From Macrostomum hystrix (taxonomy: Eukaryota > Animalia > Platyhelminthes), in the NCBI GenBank assembly GCA_950097015.1, contig CATNEN010000024.1, positions 620,001-684,000 of the forward strand: DNA of 64,000 nt. Direction: 5' to 3'. Made by a program: the position numbers and the translations under genes. The notes under the pieces are model-generated. The model saw only the letters and a list, made by a program, of their open reading frames with translations, ran no database searches and was not told where the DNA came from. Positions within the stretch are counted from its first letter, which is position 1. Every line of letters starts with the position of its first letter. This document shows positions 60,111-64,000 of this stretch, one piece after another.

Positions 60111-60929
60111 AGCTTAAAAAGACTGAAAATACAGCTGCTAAAAAGTATATACAAGACGAATTAAAAAATATTTCTGCTCCCCGAAGGGGGGCAAAACATG
60201 CTAGTATAGACTAAATTTCATGTGGCAAGTTCATTTTGGCAGACAATTGTCATTTTACCATTTAACTGGTATATATTTAGGTCATAAAAAACCACTTGAG
60301 AGTCTAGCAAAATTGGTTATACAAGGTCTAGGTGTCTAGAAACAGGTGATTCAAAATATTTTTTATTATGCACTCAGGTCATGCAAAGTCTAGGTGTCTA
60401 GACTTTCATGCATAGAAAGTATGAAAGTTAAAGTAAAAAAGAAAGTTATGGTCATAAATAGTATTAGGTGTCCAGTTTAGACAAAGCTCAAAATGCTAAA
60501 ATGCTTGTAAGATTTCTGGCATTGGGCAATTCCTAAAAATCTGCTTCTGCTGTCCATTTCTGTAATTAGTCTTTCCCCATACCTTTCCAACCACTCTCTC
60601 GCCATGTCAAACAACAAGAATGCAGCTGTCCTAGCTTAGTATGCGCAGCCTCAGTATAGAGTTTCATATGGAAATAAAATAAACAAAACGTGCTTCCTAA
60701 TTCCATTTAGCCAACCTGATGGATTGGTCAAGCTAATTTAGTCTGGCACTGGGCACATAAAAACTTAGACAGAGGCCCATTCCAATGATGTATTTGTGTC
60801 TAGATGTGTCTGCTAATCTTCCAGTTAGGCTAAGAATTCCAGTGTATCAATGGCTACTTCGGGTCAGCCTGCAGCCAGAACAGAACAGATCCAGAATCTT
60901 TTAGCTTTCATGGATTAAAATGCATTTTT

Positions 60930-61400
60930 AGTGTGCCTGACACTTATTCCATCGTCTGTTCCCACCAGCACACTGTGTGTCTGATACTTATTCCATCGTC
61001 TGTTCCCACCAGCACACTGTGTGTCTGATACTTATTCCATCGTCTGTTCCCACCTGCACACTGTGTGCCTGTTACTTATTCCATCGTCTGTTCCCACCAG
61101 CACACTGTGTGCCTGTTACTTATTCCATCGTCTGTTCCCACCTGCACACTGTGTGCCTGTTACTTATTCCAACGTCTGTTCCCACCAGCACACTGTGTGC
61201 CTGATACTTTTTCCATCGTCTGTTCCCACCAGCACACTGTGTGCCTGTTACTTATTCCATCGTCTGTTCCCACCAGCACACTGTGTGCCTGTTACTTATT
61301 CCATCGTCTGTTCCCACCAGCACTCTGTGTGACAGATACTTATTCCATCGTCTGTTCCCACCAGCACTCTGTGTGACAGATACTTATTCCATCGTCTCTT
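60930..61400. repeat. 44-bp minisatellite (GTGCCTGTTACTTATTCCATCGTCTGTTCCCACCAGCACACTGT)n
   Basis: About 10.5 units. Confidence 0.95.
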
Positions 61401-62485
61401 CCCAAAGACTTTGTTGTTGAGGACAATTTTGCAACTCTGTGCAGATCGCGCAAAGTTTAAAAGATTTTTTGAAAGACAGAAACAGCAGTTAGGAGCGAAG
61501 CGCCAGAAACTAGTCTCGCGGAGGGATTCGAAAGAAAAAAGAACGAAGGAAATAAAAACTCTAGCCAGCAAACGGTGTCTGGAAAGCATGCAAAAATTTG
61601 GGATCCGTTTTTTTTCAACTTCGGTTCAGGTACGAGGTACAAGTATAGATGGAGGGCCCACATTCCCGACATTCCCGGCCTTTCTTTCGTCATCTGCCAC
61701 GGTGCGTCTGTCTGTTTGTCTGACTGTCTGTATCGGTCTGTTGTTCGGCCGACACCGAGCTTGGAATCGATCGATTCCGGGATGCCTACAGTCGGCTTGT
61801 TTGCTGTCTCCCTCCCCTACCCCTCTCTCTCCCCAACCCTTAAAGATTTGAACGCGTAGTTCTACCAGCCAATGCAGAACGCTTTTATCATATATGGAAG
61901 GTGAGGTAGGTGCAGTCATAACGGGAAAGAGTGGCGCCGTTAGGTCGGTCGGGTTAAGGGGATGCGGATCCCACATGGGGGTAGGCAACTAGGTCGGGGC
62001 TGCATTCCTATATCTAGGGAACTGCCGCGCACTGCCCGATGCGTTAGTCCCCCATCCGTAAACTTTAGTCTCCTCCTAGTCTTTAATCTCTTTTTTTCTG
62101 TCTTCCTCATCTTTCTAAATTTTCAAACGTTTCATTTCTCTCCGAGGACTTTGCACACAGGAGGAGCAAGCCAGAAAACATCCTTAAACTAAATTTTGAG
62201 GTTAACTTATTAATAAATCTATCTTTTTTATTTCGGCTCCTGCAAAGCGGCGAGTGATTAAGTCTCGAAAAAAAATTAAAGAAACCCAACTGTTTCTTTG
62301 ATAAAACGCCTTCATCGATCGTTTGCCAACTAGCTGTGATTCATTTCTCTATTTCTTGTCTGTTCCAATAAAATTCTCAAGTTTCAATTAAAAAAAGGCA
62401 ACTAAAAGCTTCCAAAAGATTCCAAGCCTGCGTTTTTTGATTAGTTTGTGCTTGCCTAATTTACTTGACAAATAATTAAAAGCGA

Positions 62486-63499
62486 ATGACAAGCTCGCCA
62501 CAGCAGACACAACCGTCGCCGGTGCCAAAGTTGGCAGCCGTTACGCCTCTTGGCGGCGAGGGCGACCCAGCCGATGTCACTGGTGAGTCGGCGAGCCGCC
62601 AGACTGTTCTGGCCACAACTCTAACCTGGGATAGAGCGAGCACAATTTTACTCCCCTGTCACACAAACACTGAGGATGAAATTTTTCTATTTAAGCTGAC
62701 ACCCAGGTTGAGATTTGTTGCATCTGAACACACATTGAGTGTGAGATTTGATGTGGCTAAACAGACACTGAGGGTGAGATTTGATGTGGCTAAACAGACA
62801 CTGAGGGTGAGATTTGATGTGGCTAAACAGACACTGAGGGTGAGATTTGATGTGGCTAAACAGACACTGAGGGTGAGATTTGATGTGGCTAAACGGACAC
62901 TGAGGGTGAGATTTGATGTGACTAAACAGACACTAAGGATAAGATTTGATGTGGCTAAACGGACACTGAGGGTGAGATTTGATGTGGCTAAACGGACACT
63001 GAGGGTGAGATTTCATGTGACTAAACAGACACTAAGGATAAGATTTGATGTGACTAAATGGACACTGAGGGTGAGATTTGATGCGTCTGAACAGACACTG
63101 AGGGTGAGATTTGATGCGTCTGAACAGACACTGAGGGTGAGATTTTTTGCATCTGAACAGACATTGAGTGTGAGATTTGATGTGGCTAAACAGACACTGA
63201 GGGTGAGATTTGATGTGGCTAAACGGACACTGAGGGTGAGATTTGATGTGACTAAACAGACACTAAGGATAAGATTTGATGTGGCTAAACGGACACTGAG
63301 GGTGAGATTTGATGTGTCCAAATACTTCACTGATATACCGCAGATTTGGCAAGTAGTCGATTTTTTGCTAACACGCAAATGTGTTACCAATGAAGCAACC
63401 AATTATGAAGAAAATTCCTTGGCGAAGTTTTCTTCAGCTATCGGCTTCGACAAAAAATTCTATCTAGATAATGATAAGCAAGGGAGGCAAAAATGGTAA
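62486..63499 (+). CDS. Hypothetical: either the first exon (62486-62582) of a gene continuing past the window, or a 337-aa ORF with 11-aa repeats
   Basis: ATG in a GC-rich patch and a strong G|GTGAGT donor at 62583. The frame nevertheless stays open through the 33-bp array to TAA at 63497-63499. Confidence 0.4.
   Translation: MTSSPQQTQPSPVPKLAAVTPLGGEGDPADVTGESASRQTVLATTLTWDRASTILLPCHTNTEDEIFLFKLTPRLRFVASEHTLSVRFDVAKQTLRVRFDVAKQTLRVRFDVAKQTLRVRFDVAKQTLRVRFDVAKRTLRVRFDVTKQTLRIRFDVAKRTLRVRFDVAKRTLRVRFHVTKQTLRIRFDVTKWTLRVRFDASEQTLRVRFDASEQTLRVRFFASEQTLSVRFDVAKQTLRVRFDVAKRTLRVRFDVTKQTLRIRFDVAKRTLRVRFDVSKYFTDIPQIWQVVDFLLTRKCVTNEATNYEENSLAKFSSAIGFDKKFYLDNDKQGRQKW
62700..63320. repeat. 33-bp minisatellite (CTGAGGGTGAGATTTGATGTGGCTAAACAGACA)n
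   Basis: About 19 units with no indels seen. Confidence 0.95.
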
Positions 63500-63860
63500 A
63501 AGAAAGCATCGGACTGGCAAAGAGTTTAAAAAAATAAATTTAACCGTCATGAAGGGATTGTTATCATTTGACTGAAAGGCTGGACCTAGTTACGAACTTG
63601 TGTTACACGATGTTTCTGGAAAGCTAATTAACTCGAGTTATAGATAAGAAAGTTAAAGAGGCTAGCAGATCTTCGGAATCGCTAAGTAATTGGGGATGCA
63701 CCGGGACTGTTTTCTATTATTTGGTAAGATGGATTTCCGTAGTTTGTCAGTTTTCTCTAATGAGAACTTTTCATTTCTTAATGCGTCTATTCTAGAACTG
63801 AAAATCAAAGCATTTGTAAGGATAATTGGGGATTTACGTGCTTGTGCCATAGATTAGGGG

Positions 63861-64000
63861 GATAAGTGAGGATATTTGAGGACTCATCTGCTTCTCCCAA
63901 TGCTTTGGGCAGATAATTGAGGATGTTTGAGGACTCACCTGCTTCTCCCAATGCTTTAGGGGGATAATTGAGAATATTTGAGGACTCACCTGCTTCTCCC
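63861..64000. repeat. 51-bp tandem repeat running off the window end
   Basis: GATAA[G/T]TGAG starts recur at 63861, 63912 and 63963. Confidence 0.88.

Overview
This is eukaryotic (animal) genomic DNA, not prokaryotic. GC-rich spliced exons sit in AT-rich introns, and about 34 different tandem arrays cover roughly 20 kb (about 30% of the window, hand estimate). This style recalls the flatworm Macrostomum lignano, but that is an inference I cannot verify here. Three multi-exon genes were rebuilt by hand with phase-consistent GT-AG junctions, all on the minus strand: a neutral ceramidase (9 coding exons, 3' end runs off the window start), an RH-C1-DH-PH RhoGEF of the RhoGEF2/ARHGEF11/12 type (18 or more exons, at least 1766 aa, degenerate DH catalytic motifs), and a complete Rab GDI (6 exons, 444 aa). 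There are also two unassigned plus-strand ORFs (47188-48348 and from 62486). Mobile elements: an intact IS630-Tc1-mariner transposon with DD30E spacing and 156/157-bp TIRs; an intact Mag-like Ty3/Gypsy element with identical 177-bp LTRs and a 5-bp TSD; a hAT-type MITE whose TIR forms the end of a predicted RhoGEF exon; and two tRNA-derived SINE families. Most long ORFs in the supplied track are tandem-repeat artefacts. The best leads are the DD30E transposon, a minisatellite built from an amplified splice donor, the MITE-derived exon end, the probable pseudo-GEF and an antifreeze-glycoprotein-like (Thr-Ala-Ala)n frame. I found no clearly new multi-gene system.
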